Positions 47,524 to 57,189 of a DNA stretch of 57,189 nucleotides are shown here, piece after piece (the stretch's first letter is position 1; the number at the start of each line of letters is the position of its first letter). Source of the stretch: Candidatus Brennerbacteria bacterium (GTDB lineage: Bacteria > Patescibacteriota > Minisyncoccia > UBA6257 > GWB1-50-10); contig JACPEK010000005.1 of the NCBI GenBank assembly GCA_016183535.1, positions 1 to 57,189 of the forward strand, written 5' to 3'. The position numbers were made by a program, and so were the translations under genes. A model generated the notes under the pieces. The model saw only the letters and a program-made list of their open reading frames with translations, did no database searches and had not been told where the DNA came from.

Positions 47524-49620
47524 CTATGGCTTCAGCTCTCCTCGCACAAAGAAAGCGTATTCCGTGTCAGGGTCGAGACCTGTAATAACGGCGGTTTTGT
47601 TGGACCCTTGGAGAAGGAGGTTACCTTGGAAAATATCGAGCCGAGATCGATATTTCAATTTGTCTGCGTAATCGGCAGTGAGGGTTTTTTCTTGTCTCTC
47701 AATAAAAATTTTTTTATAACTAATCGGATTCTCCCATTCCACCTCGACAGAGGTGCCGCCCGGGAGCGGCCGCACGTCTTTCAAAATCGGCCCGCCGAAG
47801 GAGAGCCAGCCCGCCGTGTCGCCGCCCCACGCGAAGCCGCGGAACTCGCCCGCGCCGTCCGTCGTCGTCGCGTAGACCAACTTGTAGGAAGGCTCGCCGC
47901 TCTTCGGCGACAAGCTCACAAATTGGCCGAGGCCATTCCCCTTCCCGTCACCCATAAACTTCGCCCATCCCGTTACGGTGCGAAACCGCTGGCCCGCGTC
48001 GGCCGCCGCGACTTTCGCCTCGCATGCTCCGGAGGGACACTGCGCGAGGTCGCCTTTATTGAAAGAGAGCCAGCCCGCGTACGGGCTCCACGCATACCCC
48101 GCGAGCGTGCCCGCGCCATCCAGATATATGCCGTAGGGAACGCTTTCGGCAGGCGCTTTCGCGGGCCCCCAACTCGAGTTCGCCGAATCGTTCGAGAGCC
48201 GGATCCATCCGAGGCCGTTCCCGCTCCACACCCAGCCCTTGACCGCGGTGAGATTAGCGTTAAACGGGATCGTTTCAGAATACACCTCCGTTCCTCCACG
48301 AGACGCCCGTATGCGATACTCGTAGTTTTCTCCTCTTACCAACAAATCCCTGCACGCGTTGACCGCAGTACCGCAGTTTCCCTCATTCACCTTTTTTTCC
48401 GTAAATGCGGGATTCCCGCCCGCCACCCGACGCCCCATCCAAAATTCAGTTCCGGACAATACAAGATCAACTTTCCAAAAAACGTTGACCCCCACCGTCG
48501 TCGGATCGGTAAAGCTCGGAGAAACCTTGAGGCCATACGGCGCCGGAAGCCCGGTGGATGCCGCCACGGGAGCGGAGTACGCCGAGCACGCCGTTTCGGT
48601 GCACCCGCGCGCCTTATACCAATAAATTTGCGTCCCGCCCTGTTCAACCGCGCCGTCTTCATATCGGGTTACGCCGGCACCGACAACATAAGGAGCGGAG
48701 AGGGTGTTGTCCGCACTAAATGATTCAGACTTGGAACGGAGAATTTCGAATCTCACCTCATTTGCTTCGCCTTTCGAGTTATCCCGCCAATTGAGCGTGA
48801 TCTTGCGCGGCTTATCGCTGAAGTCGACGGTAAGCTTATCGGGCGCGGACGGCACCACTGCGGCGGAAGATCCGTCGGAAACCGCGACGTGCGCCGCACG
48901 GAGCGGATTGCATCCTTCGCCCCCCGTCTCCTGCGTTTTCACTACGTAGCGATACGCGTTCGCCCCCGTAACATCTTCCACGTCATAATAGAAAAATTTT
49001 TCGTTGTTTCTTTGGGACGAGGGGGGGCGACCGATGCGCGCAAGCGGCCCGAACGAATTGCCGCCATTCGTCGAAGCCGCGCGCCATATTTCGAAACCGC
49101 CGTAAGCTTGGAAAAGATTCGAGATTGGCGCGTTCATGTCCCATTGGAGCTCGATGCGCCCCGCGGCCTGGTTAAAAACTACCGCGACGTTCTTCGGGCT
49201 CTCGGGTTTCGGCGGGAGCGCGAGCGCGGTGGCCGACGCCTCGCTTGACCATTCGCTCTGCGCACCCGTCACGGTGTTTTTTGCACGCACGCGATAGGAA
49301 TAGGACTCGCCCGGATCAATATGATCGCGCGCATCTTCGGCCGACCAAAGCGCATCGCCGTCCTCGTCGGTAAAAACCTTGCCTCCGCCTTCGTCGGCCG
49401 TCGCGATATTCACTTCGGCAATGCGGTTCCGCTCCACGTCATAAGCGTCTGCGCCTTCCGCCGGCACCCAACTTACCTTGAACGCGCAGGAAGAGACGGG
49501 GATTGCGGCAAGATTCCCCGGCGTACCCAGTGTTTGCGCTTCCGCGATAAAACTAAGCGCGCCGAGAAAAACCCCGACTCCCGATAGAACCAAAACTAGC
49601 GTGATAACATGCTTTCGCAT
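47524..49620 (-). CDS. large secreted protein with fibronectin type III-like repeats
   Basis: Signal/TM MRKHVITLVLVLSGVGVFLGALSF. Repeated Fn3-like segments (PGNLAAIPVSSCAFKVSWVP..., PKNVAVVFNQAAGRIELQWD...). ATG at 49620. Confidence 0.65.
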   Translation of the reverse strand: MRKHVITLVLVLSGVGVFLGALSFIAEAQTLGTPGNLAAIPVSSCAFKVSWVPAEGADAYDVERNRIAEVNIATADEGGGKVFTDEDGDALWSAEDARDHIDPGESYSYRVRAKNTVTGAQSEWSSEASATALALPPKPESPKNVAVVFNQAAGRIELQWDMNAPISNLFQAYGGFEIWRAASTNGGNSFGPLARIGRPPSSQRNNEKFFYYDVEDVTGANAYRYVVKTQETGGEGCNPLRAAHVAVSDGSSAAVVPSAPDKLTVDFSDKPRKITLNWRDNSKGEANEVRFEILRSKSESFSADNTLSAPYVVGAGVTRYEDGAVEQGGTQIYWYKARGCTETACSAYSAPVAASTGLPAPYGLKVSPSFTDPTTVGVNVFWKVDLVLSGTEFWMGRRVAGGNPAFTEKKVNEGNCGTAVNACRDLLVRGENYEYRIRASRGGTEVYSETIPFNANLTAVKGWVWSGNGLGWIRLSNDSANSSWGPAKAPAESVPYGIYLDGAGTLAGYAWSPYAGWLSFNKGDLAQCPSGACEAKVAAADAGQRFRTVTGWAKFMGDGKGNGLGQFVSLSPKSGEPSYKLVYATTTDGAGEFRGFAWGGDTAGWLSFGGPILKDVRPLPGGTSVEVEWENPISYKKIFIERQEKTLTADYADKLKYRSRLDIFQGNLLLQGSNKTAVITGLDPDTEYAFFVRGELKP

Positions 49621-49727
49621 TTTGGTTCCATTATACCACACGCAACGAACACCGCTCCTGAAGATTCTCGTTCAATCAGAAGAAACGTTCCGCTCAAAAA
49701 CAAACTAACCAAATCCTGATTTTAGAA

Positions 49728-51158
49728 TCAGTCAAAACAGAACAATAAACCTCCCTTCGTGCCAAAAGCACGGCCGCCACCCTTACAAGTGCCATCATTG
49801 TTAATCCCCCCGACTGTCCGTCCTGCTAGGCACCCGGATTCAGCATCAGATTCGCATACCCCGACAACCTGCATGGCTTTTAGCCCTCCCACTTGTAAAT
49901 CACCGCCGAGATAGATATTGCCGCTAAGTGTAAGCGACCCCGTATCGCCGCCCATGCCTATTACCGATCCCTTTTCACGATCAATAATAGTAATGGTCCC
50001 TTGGGGATTGATACTTACTTTCCCGCTTGCAAATTCGGCACTCCCGTTCGGATTCAAACGAGCGTATTGTGTTGAAGCAACTCCCGACACCGCTTTTCTT
50101 TTGTATATCCTGACTTTTTCGGTGCAACTATATTGGCCACTAAGATTTCCTTGGCACGGTTCTTTATAAACATAATCATACGCCACGCTGGGCCATCCGC
50201 CGGCTTTGCCGGGTGGGGGCGCGGGGATTACATCGGGACATTCGACACCATCGTTCGAAAGCGAGGTGAAAGACTTTCCCCCCGCATTACCATCGCACCA
50301 CAAGCGCGGACGATGGGCGCTTGTCCTCACAGCTTCACCTTCAAAAACGTATTGATAGCCTCCTCCGTCCGCCTTGTCATAAATTTGCGCGTACGGACCC
50401 TGCGCGAATCCCCCTTGAGAAACGGATGTGTTGTAACGCGTATCCGGCGTGGAAGCGGACCCTGATTGAAGCGAGGCGCTCCCGAAACAATCTCTTACGC
50501 TTGAAACGTTCGTGTCGCACGCAAGACGCTTATCCAAAGCTAACGCATTTACCGTGACGCTGTTGGTTTCCCAAGAAAAATTGTATGAACCGAAATCAAT
50601 TCCTTCTTGCGTGGTGTTTGTCGCTGAAGCGCTGTAGCGAGGGAAGTAGAGTTGACCGCTTACATTCACTGCTTTTGGATATTCACCGATAAAAACCGCG
50701 CCGTCTTGGTAAAAAATGTTCGCACCGGGTATGGCGCTTATGGTCGGATCTGTTTTTTTCCAGAGCAAATCACTACTTACGCCGGCCGTTTCGGTGCCGG
50801 TGCTAAAATCTTTCCAATCGGGGTCGACATTAAAAATCCCCTTTGTGCTGAACTGTAATTTCCCGGTGGTTTGGTTGTAGCGGATGCCTTCTTTTGCAAC
50901 TCCCGTGCTGTCCGTGAAATGAATCTGCCCCGTGCTCGTCAGAATAAGTTTCGGCGCGCCGCCAATCGTGAGCGCGCCGGTTTTCGTTTGCAGTAACGGA
51001 CCTTCGTTCAAGGGTTTTGGCGGCATGCCGTCCGTGGGAGCGGCGGTCGGCCCCTGGTAGTTTGTCTGCGCCGACACAATACCATACACCTGAAATGCGA
51101 GGAGCGCCGCGAGCGCCACCGACAGATACGCGAACGGATTCCGCAGGAGATTTTTCAT
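49728..51158 (-). CDS. hypothetical secreted/surface protein
   Basis: N-terminal anchor MKNLLRNPFAYLSVALAALLAF. Gly/Thr/Ser-rich, beta-rich sequence. ATG at 51158. Confidence 0.55.
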   Translation of the reverse strand: MKNLLRNPFAYLSVALAALLAFQVYGIVSAQTNYQGPTAAPTDGMPPKPLNEGPLLQTKTGALTIGGAPKLILTSTGQIHFTDSTGVAKEGIRYNQTTGKLQFSTKGIFNVDPDWKDFSTGTETAGVSSDLLWKKTDPTISAIPGANIFYQDGAVFIGEYPKAVNVSGQLYFPRYSASATNTTQEGIDFGSYNFSWETNSVTVNALALDKRLACDTNVSSVRDCFGSASLQSGSASTPDTRYNTSVSQGGFAQGPYAQIYDKADGGGYQYVFEGEAVRTSAHRPRLWCDGNAGGKSFTSLSNDGVECPDVIPAPPPGKAGGWPSVAYDYVYKEPCQGNLSGQYSCTEKVRIYKRKAVSGVASTQYARLNPNGSAEFASGKVSINPQGTITIIDREKGSVIGMGGDTGSLTLSGNIYLGGDLQVGGLKAMQVVGVCESDAESGCLAGRTVGGINNDGTCKGGGRAFGTKGGLLFCFD

Positions 51159-51257
51159 ATCGGCTTTATTATAGCAAAACACTCTCCAAGCAAGCGCCGG
51201 TTTATCCACAAGAAGAAGTTCAGACCCGGTGAGCGGATACTATATAATGGAAGCGAT

Positions 51258-51752
51258 ATGGAGAACGTCACGCCTTCCGTCATCGGCCTGAAAAAATCGA
51301 CTGTCGCGCTCATTGCCGCCGCGCTCATTGTGGGGCTTGTAGCGGGTTACTTCGCGGGAAGCTTTGAAGGCGAGCGGGCCGCAAACACGCGTCTCGCGCC
51401 GATGGTGGACCTCGCATTCCCAAAACCGCCTTCCGAAATGTACGCCCTGACCGGAAAAATACTTGGCGTCTACGGCGCGACCGTTAAACTTGAGATTGAC
51501 AACGTGGATGACTACCTCCCCCATCCCGACCAAAGCGCGCGCGCAAAGGAAACACGGAATGCGAATATAACAAGCGCGACCTCGTATGCGATAATTGACT
51601 TCTCGAAACTTGACGCCGCGGGCAATCCCGCCCGTTCTATCTTCGCGCTCGCCGATCTCAAGGAGGGTGAGATCGTAACCGTGCGGAGCGCGGAGAACAT
51701 TCGCAACGCCGAATCTTTCGACGTCATCGCCGTTGAACGCATTGCCTACTGA
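51258..51752 (+). CDS. hypothetical membrane-anchored protein
   Basis: N-terminal [23 protein letters not shown]. Chosen over the antisense ORF 51240..51776. Confidence 0.5.
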   Translation: MENVTPSVIGLKKSTVALIAAALIVGLVAGYFAGSFEGERAANTRLAPMVDLAFPKPPSEMYALTGKILGVYGATVKLEIDNVDDYLPHPDQSARAKETRNANITSATSYAIIDFSKLDAAGNPARSIFALADLKEGEIVTVRSAENIRNAESFDVIAVERIAY

Positions 51753-51770
51753 GCGTTTCTCGAGCCACCC

Positions 51771-51799
51771 TTGCACTCTATTGCTTCGTGCGGTATTTT
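51771..51799 (+). promoter_or_regulatory. candidate promoter for clpP
   Basis: TTGCAC-17 nt-TATTTT, ending 12 nt before the ATG at 51812 (very short leader). Confidence 0.45.
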
Positions 51800-51811
51800 A
51801 ATTTTGCAACC

Positions 51812-52396
51812 ATGAACCTCATCCCTACCGTCATCGAAAAAACAGGTTACGGCGAGCGCGCGTACGATATCTACTCGCGCCTCTTGAAGGATCGCATTAT
51901 TTTCCTTGGCGGCCCCGTTACTGACACGCTCGCGAACGCGGTAATCGCCCAACTCCTTTTCCTCGAGCACGAGGATCCGAAAAAAGACATTAAGATATAT
52001 GTGAACACGCCGGGCGGTTCCGTGACGGCCGGCCTCGCGATCTACGACGCGATGCAGTACGTGAAAAACCCCGTCTCGACGATCTGCGTGGGAATGGCGG
52101 CCTCGATGGGCGCGGTGCTTCTCGGGGCGGGGAAAAAAGGAAAGCGGCTCGCGCTTCCCAACTCCGAGATCCTCCTCCACCAGGTGATGGGCGGCGCGGA
52201 AGGCCAGGCAATCGAGATCGAGATCACCGCGAAGCATATTGTAAAAATCAAAGACAAAATCAACCAAATTCTCGCGAAACACACCGGGCAGAGATTGGAT
52301 CGCATCGAGCGCGATACCGACCGAGACTTCTACCTCTCCGCCGCCGAGGCGAAGGAGTACGGCTTGATCGACGAGATCATCAAAACGAAAAAGTGA
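51812..52396 (+). CDS. clpP: ATP-dependent Clp protease proteolytic subunit
   Basis: [30 protein letters not shown] (Ser), HQVMGG (His), [11 protein letters not shown] (Asp). Confidence 0.95.
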   Translation: MNLIPTVIEKTGYGERAYDIYSRLLKDRIIFLGGPVTDTLANAVIAQLLFLEHEDPKKDIKIYVNTPGGSVTAGLAIYDAMQYVKNPVSTICVGMAASMGAVLLGAGKKGKRLALPNSEILLHQVMGGAEGQAIEIEITAKHIVKIKDKINQILAKHTGQRLDRIERDTDRDFYLSAAEAKEYGLIDEIIKTKK

Positions 52397-52452
52397 ATTT
52401 GAGCGGAAGCTTAAATTCATCCCGAGCGGAGCGAGGGATAGTATTTGGCGAG

Positions 52453-52482
52453 GCCCGCCTGCCGCCAGGCGGGCGTTTTTTG
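52453..52482 (+). terminator. rho-independent terminator after clpP
   Basis: GCCCGCCTG-ccgc-CAGGCGGGC followed by GTTTTTTG. Confidence 0.65.
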
Positions 52483-52507
52483 TTTTGTCATATATAATAG
52501 AGTGGTT

Positions 52508-53665
52508 ATGACCGATGCACTCAAAAATCTCATGACCCGTGGCGTAGCAGATGTCATCGACCGCGACCACCTCGCGCGGGCGCTCTCGTCCGGCCGCAAG
52601 CTCCGCGTGAAGCTCGGCATTGACCCGACTTCCCCCGACCTTCACTTGGGCCACGCGGTCCTTCTCCGCAAACTTCGGCAATTTCAGGATCTCGGCCACA
52701 AGGCCGTACTCATCATCGGAGACTTCACCGCGACGATCGGCGACCCCTCGGGTCGCGATAAAACCCGTCCGCCGCTCACCGAACGCCAGGTGAAAGACAA
52801 CATGAAAAAATACCTCGCGCAGGTTGGGAAAATCGTGAACATAAAAACCGCGGAGGTGCGGAAAAACAGCGAGTGGCACAAAAAGGACGGGCTCGCTTCC
52901 TTGCTCGCGCTCGCGCGCACGGTTTCCTACCAGCAGGTTATCAAACGTTCGGACTTTCAAAAACGAATGAACGCGGGCGAGGATATCACCCTCATTGAAA
53001 TTTTGTACCCGCTCCTCCAGGGATATGACTCGGTGGCGATCAAAGCCGACGTGGAGCTCGGCGGCACCGACCAAACGTTCAATTTGTTGATGGGTCGCCG
53101 CGTCCAACGCCACTTCAAACAACCGGAGCAGAACATTCTCACGGTGCCGCTTATCGAAGGCACGGACGGCGCGCGGAAAATGTCCAAGAGCTATGGAAAT
53201 TACATCGGCGTCGCCGAGAAGCCGGCGGAAATGTTCGGAAAACTCATGGCGATTCCCGACGCGCTCATGGCAAAATACTACGAAACGCTCACTGATCTTG
53301 AGCCGTCGCACGGCAACCCCCGCGATCAAAAGCTCACGCTCGCCGAAACCATCGTCGCATGGCTCCACTCCGCCGCCGCGGGGAAAAAAGCGCGTGAGGA
53401 ATGGATAACAGTATTTTCAAAAAAAGAGCTTCCGGAGAAGATCGAGGGGGTAATCGTTCCGCACAAAACGAGTATTCTTGACGCGCTCCGAAAATCGGGA
53501 ATTAAAAGCAACAGCGAAGGTGTGAGATTGCTTAAACAGGGAGCGATTCGAAAGAATGGGGCGGTAGTGCAAAACGAGAAAGAGATGGTGAATGACGGAG
53601 ACATCCTAAAAATAGGAAAGAAAAAAATAGTAGAGATAAAAGGGTTGTTCGAGAAAGTGGAGTAG
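52508..53665 (+). CDS. tyrS: tyrosyl-tRNA synthetase
   Basis: PDLHLGH (HIGH), KMSKS, C-terminal S4-like domain. ATG at 52508. Confidence 0.95.
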   Translation: MTDALKNLMTRGVADVIDRDHLARALSSGRKLRVKLGIDPTSPDLHLGHAVLLRKLRQFQDLGHKAVLIIGDFTATIGDPSGRDKTRPPLTERQVKDNMKKYLAQVGKIVNIKTAEVRKNSEWHKKDGLASLLALARTVSYQQVIKRSDFQKRMNAGEDITLIEILYPLLQGYDSVAIKADVELGGTDQTFNLLMGRRVQRHFKQPEQNILTVPLIEGTDGARKMSKSYGNYIGVAEKPAEMFGKLMAIPDALMAKYYETLTDLEPSHGNPRDQKLTLAETIVAWLHSAAAGKKAREEWITVFSKKELPEKIEGVIVPHKTSILDALRKSGIKSNSEGVRLLKQGAIRKNGAVVQNEKEMVNDGDILKIGKKKIVEIKGLFEKVE

Positions 53666-53702
53666 AAAAAAACCGCCGTTCGGCGGTTTTTTTCTACTCC
53701 AC
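53657..53702. terminator. 46-nt perfect palindrome spanning both convergent stop codons
   Basis: GTGGAGTAGAAAAAAACCGCCG-tt-CGGCGGTTTTTTTCTACTCCAC. Confidence 0.6.
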
Positions 53703-54308
53703 CACCATCACGCCTTCTTCGCCGCGCGCGCGGTGGCCCGCCACGTCGCAGTAGAAAACATATTCTCCTTTTTCCTTCGGGGCGTAGAACTCAATGAGGC
53801 GGGTTTCATCCGGCCCCAGGCCGACCACCGCTTTTTTAAGTGAGGGGTCTTCGAATTTGAACACGTGGGTGTGGTCGCCGGAGGTGAGCGAGATGCCGAC
53901 GAGGCCGCCCGCGGGCACCGCAAATCGCGAGGGAGAAAATCCTTCGGCCGACACGGTCATTTTGAGAAAGTCGTTGGGAATTTCTTTCTCGGCCACCGGC
54001 GCGGACTGATATGGGTTCTCCGGCGTGCCAAGCGCGGGCCCTGACGGCCCGGCCCCTGGTGGAGGCGTCGCGGGCTTTTCCTCCAGCGCGGATGTTTCTC
54101 TCTCCGACGAGGGCGCGAAAAGTTCTTTGAGCGCCGAGAGGGCGCTCTGATCTATCGAAACTCGCTCCGTACTTGTCGCGGGACCGCCTTTCAAGGCTCT
54201 TACTATTTTTTCCGCCGGCGCGATGGAGAAGAGCGCAAAAAACACGATCGCCCCCGCGAGAATAGTGATGAAGATGATGGTAAAAACGACCCGCGCGAAA
54301 TTTTCCAT
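53694..54308 (-). CDS. membrane-anchored cupredoxin-like protein
   Basis: TM helix, then SGDHTHVFKF ... YVFYCDVAGHRARGEEGVM (His/Cys/His/Met spacing like type-1 copper sites). The ORF-track N-terminal extension overlaps tRNA-Gly. Confidence 0.55.
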   Translation of the reverse strand: MENFARVVFTIIFITILAGAIVFFALFSIAPAEKIVRALKGGPATSTERVSIDQSALSALKELFAPSSERETSALEEKPATPPPGAGPSGPALGTPENPYQSAPVAEKEIPNDFLKMTVSAEGFSPSRFAVPAGGLVGISLTSGDHTHVFKFEDPSLKKAVVGLGPDETRLIEFYAPKEKGEYVFYCDVAGHRARGEEGVMVVE

Positions 54309-54361
54309 TGCTTCTAGTATATACGAATGCAAAACACCCCGTTGTGGGTTACATAATCCCA

Positions 54362-54394
54362 CAAAAAGAAAACACCAGGCCTTGTGCCTGGCGT
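54362..54394 (-). terminator. hairpin plus T-run downstream of tRNA-Gly
   Basis: Minus strand: GCCAGGCACAAGGCCTGGTG followed by TTTTCTTTTT. Confidence 0.5.
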
Positions 54395-54404
54395 TTTCTT
54401 TTTG

Positions 54405-54475
54405 TGCGGCCATCGGGAATCGAACCCGAGTCTCAACCTTGGCAAGGTCGTATTCTACCACTAAACCATGGCCGC
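54405..54475 (-). tRNA. tRNA-Gly (GCC)
   Basis: GCGGCCA...CCTTGCCAAGG...GGTTCGATTCCCGATGGCCGCA cloverleaf. CCA not encoded. Confidence 0.9.
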
Positions 54476-54485
54476 AAGTCCGTTG

Positions 54486-54656
54486 TTAATTACCGACCAT
54501 ACCCGGCGGGGGGCCGCTCGGACCCTCCACGTAAGGTTCACCGGTCGGACCCTGGAAATCTCTGGGAGCGTCGGGCGTAATGGATGAAAGCAGGACATAT
54601 GCCCCGACCGCTATCACGAGAAGTCCTATGAGCGCCGCGATTACTTTCCACTGCAC
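54486..54656 (-). CDS. possible small membrane protein (56 aa) between tRNA genes
   Basis: GTG start. (M)QWKVIAALIGLLVIAVGAYVLLSSITPDAPRDFQGPTGEPYVEGPSGPPPGMVGN. Below the ORF-track cutoff. Speculative. Confidence 0.25.
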   Translation of the reverse strand: MQWKVIAALIGLLVIAVGAYVLLSSITPDAPRDFQGPTGEPYVEGPSGPPPGMVGN

Positions 54657-54695
54657 GATTGAATGCTACCGCACCGAAAAAAAATCTTCAATCTG

Positions 54696-54778
54696 TGTCC
54701 GGGGTGGGAGTCGAACCCACAAGGCCTCGCGGCCACAACGTTTTAAGCGTCGCGCGTATACCATTCCGCCACCCGGAC
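54696..54778 (-). tRNA. tRNA-Leu (UAA)
   Basis: GTCCGGGTGGCGGAATGG...CTTAAAA anticodon loop, long variable arm, GGTTCGACTCCCACCCCGGACA. Confidence 0.9.
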
Positions 54779-54784
54779 ATTTTG

Positions 54785-54856
54785 AGGTGCGGGAGGGATT
54801 CGAACCCTCGCATAGTGGTTTTGCAGACCACCGCGTTGCCTCTTCGCCACCGCACC
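54785..54856 (-). tRNA. tRNA-Cys (GCA)
   Basis: GGTGCGG...GTGGTCTGCAAAACCAC...GGTTCGAATCCCTCCCGCACCT. Discriminator is U. Confidence 0.9.
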
Positions 54857-54860
54857 ACTC

Positions 54861-55154
54861 TTATTGCTTTACCTTATCGATCTCGATCGAAATGCGCGGC
54901 ATCGGCTTCACATTTATCTTGCGCACGAGCGCGTGTCGCAGTGCCAGCAATTGCTTTTCCACTGCAAGAAACGCCTCCAATTCCTTCGCTTTAGGGATGA
55001 TACCAAGCTTCACTCTTGCTTGCAATAAATCGGGCGTGATGAATACATCGGTGATGGTAATAAGAGCGCCCTCCACATACACCTCCCGCGCGATAAGCTT
55101 GCCCAATTCCTCCTCGATCAAATCCTCCATTTTAAGATTGCGGTACGGTCGCAT
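54861..55154 (-). CDS. rbfA: ribosome-binding factor A
   Basis: 97 aa. LGKLIAREV...ITITDVFITPDLLQARV. Lies downstream of infB. Confidence 0.9.
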   Translation of the reverse strand: MRPYRNLKMEDLIEEELGKLIAREVYVEGALITITDVFITPDLLQARVKLGIIPKAKELEAFLAVEKQLLALRHALVRKINVKPMPRISIEIDKVKQ

Positions 55155-55171
55155 CTTGTAATGATCAATGA

Positions 55172-56602
55172 TTATGAACCGCTAAAACGGAGTGTGTCTT
55201 CTTTCGTGATTGCCGCGGAACTTTCCACGAGAAGACCCACTTCCGTTCCCGCGGTCGCCTCGGATATATTCTTCTTTTTGGACTGAAGATTCACAATTTG
55301 CCCCTCGCCTACTTCACGGCCACCGCGAAAAACCTTGAAGAGCGCGCGATTTTTTACCGTACCTTCCGTAATGCGGCCGCCCACGATTTGCTCTTCCCCC
55401 TTCCCCGCGCCGAACACCGCGAGAATCTCAAGCGTCGCGCCTTCTTCTTTCTTCTCGCCCCGAAGCCGCGCCTCGAGAAATTTCTCGAGTTCATAAATGA
55501 TGTTCGCAATCGCAATCGTCACTTTTTTCCCCTCCGCAAGATTTTCCGCCGCGCGATCCGCTTTGACACGGAACCCGAGCACCAACGCGCCGGTACTCTC
55601 GGCGAGTTTGATGTCTCCTTCATAAATATTCCCGATGCTTTTCTCCACAATGCGACACGGGGCTTCCCGGCACGTTTTTTCGACTACCACCGCGAGCGCC
55701 TCCAGAGAGCCGCGCTCGTCCGCCTTCAGTATGAGGCGGACACCGTCCTCCGTCTTTTCAGATCGCGAAGATTGCGACACAGGAGATACCATTCCATGGT
55801 ATACCTCCGCGATCGCCGCTTCGCCTCCCGCGCGGAATTCCTCTCCCACCTGCGGAGGCGCTTCAAACCCTCCGATCAGGGCCGGGGCGCACGGAACAAG
55901 TTCCTTCGCGCGCGCGCCCGTAAAATCCTCGAGCGCTTTTACCTTCCCTTTTAATGTTTCGGTCGCGATCATATCACCTACACGGAGGACGCCGTTCTTT
56001 ACCACTATGCCGGCGAGCACGCCGCGGCGCGCATCGAGCCTGCTCGAAAGGACTACGCCCGAGGCGGGCGCCTCTTTGTCCCACGTGAGTCCGAGGAGAT
56101 CGGTGGCGAGAAGAATGAGATCGAGAAGCTCCGGCACGCCCTCGCCTGTTTTTCCCGAAACCGCGTGCCACGTAACGGAACCGCCATATCCTTCGAGTAG
56201 CACTCCGGACGCGGCGAGTTCCTGCTTTACTTTCTCCACGTTCGCATTCGATTTGTCGATCTTCGTTACTGCCACAAGGTACGGTACACCGGCCGTCGCG
56301 ATCGCGGCGAGCGCATCTTTCGTCTGCGGTTTCACGCCGTCGTCGGCCGCCACCACCAAAACTGCGAGGTCCGCCACCTTCGCCCCGTGCGCGCGCATCG
56401 TGGCAAACGCCTCGTGGCCGGGCGTATCAACGAACGTTATTTTTCTGTCGCCGTGGACGATCTCGTAGGCACCGACCGATTGGGTGATGCCGCCCGCCTC
56501 CCGTGCCGCTACGTTCGCCTTGCGGATAAAGTCGAGGAGAGTGGTTTTCCCATGGTCTACGTGTCCTAGGATCGCCACGACGGGAGATCGTTTCTCCGTC
56601 AT
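55172..56602 (-). CDS. infB: translation initiation factor IF-2 (short form, no long N-terminal region)
   Basis: [36 protein letters not shown] at 56602. The ORF-track extension to 56860 overlaps tRNA-Ser. Confidence 0.95.
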   Translation of the reverse strand: MTEKRSPVVAILGHVDHGKTTLLDFIRKANVAAREAGGITQSVGAYEIVHGDRKITFVDTPGHEAFATMRAHGAKVADLAVLVVAADDGVKPQTKDALAAIATAGVPYLVAVTKIDKSNANVEKVKQELAASGVLLEGYGGSVTWHAVSGKTGEGVPELLDLILLATDLLGLTWDKEAPASGVVLSSRLDARRGVLAGIVVKNGVLRVGDMIATETLKGKVKALEDFTGARAKELVPCAPALIGGFEAPPQVGEEFRAGGEAAIAEVYHGMVSPVSQSSRSEKTEDGVRLILKADERGSLEALAVVVEKTCREAPCRIVEKSIGNIYEGDIKLAESTGALVLGFRVKADRAAENLAEGKKVTIAIANIIYELEKFLEARLRGEKKEEGATLEILAVFGAGKGEEQIVGGRITEGTVKNRALFKVFRGGREVGEGQIVNLQSKKKNISEATAGTEVGLLVESSAAITKEDTLRFSGS

Positions 56603-56668
56603 GGTGAGGTAAGAGTGTTGTAACCGTAACAGAGAAGTGCTATAAACACAAGGTATTTCCAGCACAAA

Positions 56669-56758
56669 GGAGGCGTGGCCGAGTGGTTTAAGGCAGCATC
56701 CTGCTAAGATGTTAGGGGAGCAATCCCCTCGAAGGTTCGAATCCTTCCGCCTCCGCCA
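56669..56758 (+). tRNA. tRNA-Ser (GCU), CCA encoded
   Basis: GGAGGCGTGGCCGAGTGG...CCTGCTAAGAT...long variable arm...GGTTCGAATCCTTCCGCCTCCGCCA. Confidence 0.9.
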
Positions 56759-57189
56759 ATAGAAACTTCGCGATTTGAAAGGGTTGCTCCGCGCGGCCGC
56801 GAGGCGGCCGCGCTCCGCAAAATCCCTCGCCGCTTCGCGGCGAACTGGCTTGGTGGGCAAAAATCAAAGACGGCGGATTTGTTATGAACCCGAGGGTTCG
56901 TTCCGATTTTTTGGACGAAAGATTTAATTTCGTGCAAATTGTCGGACTTCGCCAAAAAATCGGCTTGTTTCGTATCTAAAATCCATTCCCGCAGGGGTTC
57001 GATCCAATTTTTTCTCCCGTTTTCAAAATCTTTCTTCCTTTGTTCTAAAACGGCAGAAGCGAGCAAAATTTCGTCTTTCTTTTTGAGATAAGTTTGTTTT
57101 GGTATATCACCGTCCAAATAGGTGGAAACTAACTTTTCCATTTTCGCTTCTGCCGTTTTGATATTTTCGGAAAGATTTTGAACCTCGCT
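56704..57189 (-). CDS. 3' part of a gene running off the window; resembles the coiled-coil C-terminus of a large serine recombinase
   Basis: The frame is open to the window edge. ...LVSTYLDGDIPKQTYLKKKDEIL.... AT-rich. The true stop is uncertain because the ORF tail overlaps tRNA-Ser. Confidence 0.35.
   Translation of the reverse strand, partial: SEVQNLSENIKTAEAKMEKLVSTYLDGDIPKQTYLKKKDEILLASAVLEQRKKDFENGRKNWIEPLREWILDTKQADFLAKSDNLHEIKSFVQKIGTNPRVHNKSAVFDFCPPSQFAAKRRGILRSAAASRPRGATLSNREVSIGGGGRIRTFEGIAPLTS

Noticed and set aside
53694-56860. N-terminal extensions of ORFs 53694..54461 and 55172..56860, and plus-strand ORFs 54308..55161, that overlap tRNA genes.
   Set aside because: The overlapped segments fold as canonical tRNAs (Gly, Leu, Cys, Ser). 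Internal ATG starts at 54308 and 56602 give proteins beginning at their conserved N-termini.

Overview
The window is mostly GC-rich, co-directional housekeeping DNA that looks like a reduced Patescibacteria/CPR-type genome. That assignment is inferred from a divergent 16S, a short IF-2, a split transketolase and LamG-type pilins. Minus-strand genes include rpoB-rpoC-rpsF-ssb-rpsR, mltG with a SEDS protein, tpiA, and a type IV pilus-like operon (pilin, PilB, PilC, two LamG pilins, TraD/VirD4-like ATPase). There is also a lone 16S rRNA gene, a sugar-phosphate block (fba, PfkB kinase, split tkt, rpe, rpiB), and infB-rbfA followed by tRNA-Cys, tRNA-Leu and tRNA-Gly. Plus-strand genes include rpmE, rplY, clpP and tyrS. 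About 11 kb (about 36.1-47.5 kb) is an AT-richer mosaic island that begins with an IS3-family element. It carries T9SS-sorting-domain genes, which are out of place in this host. It also carries (i) a radical-SAM/SPASM enzyme followed by an unannotated 40-aa Cys/Asp-rich peptide, a candidate RiPP locus. And it carries (ii) an operon of a truncated AlaRS-like core, two tandem dCTP-deaminase-fold paralogs (one with the catalytic Glu replaced by Gln) and an archaeal-type ProRS. The 16S gene is unusual in four ways: no CCUCC anti-SD tail, an AT-rich hairpin inserted in helix 6, about 108 nt missing around E. coli positions 557-665, and no linked 23S. The helix-6 insert belongs to a dispersed TTGAAAGATT-type hairpin repeat family. 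That family fills many intergenic gaps, flanks a four-helix-bundle (rRNA-IVS-type) gene inside the pilus operon, and even encodes pilin N-termini. All calls come from reading the sequence and motifs by eye; no searches were run.
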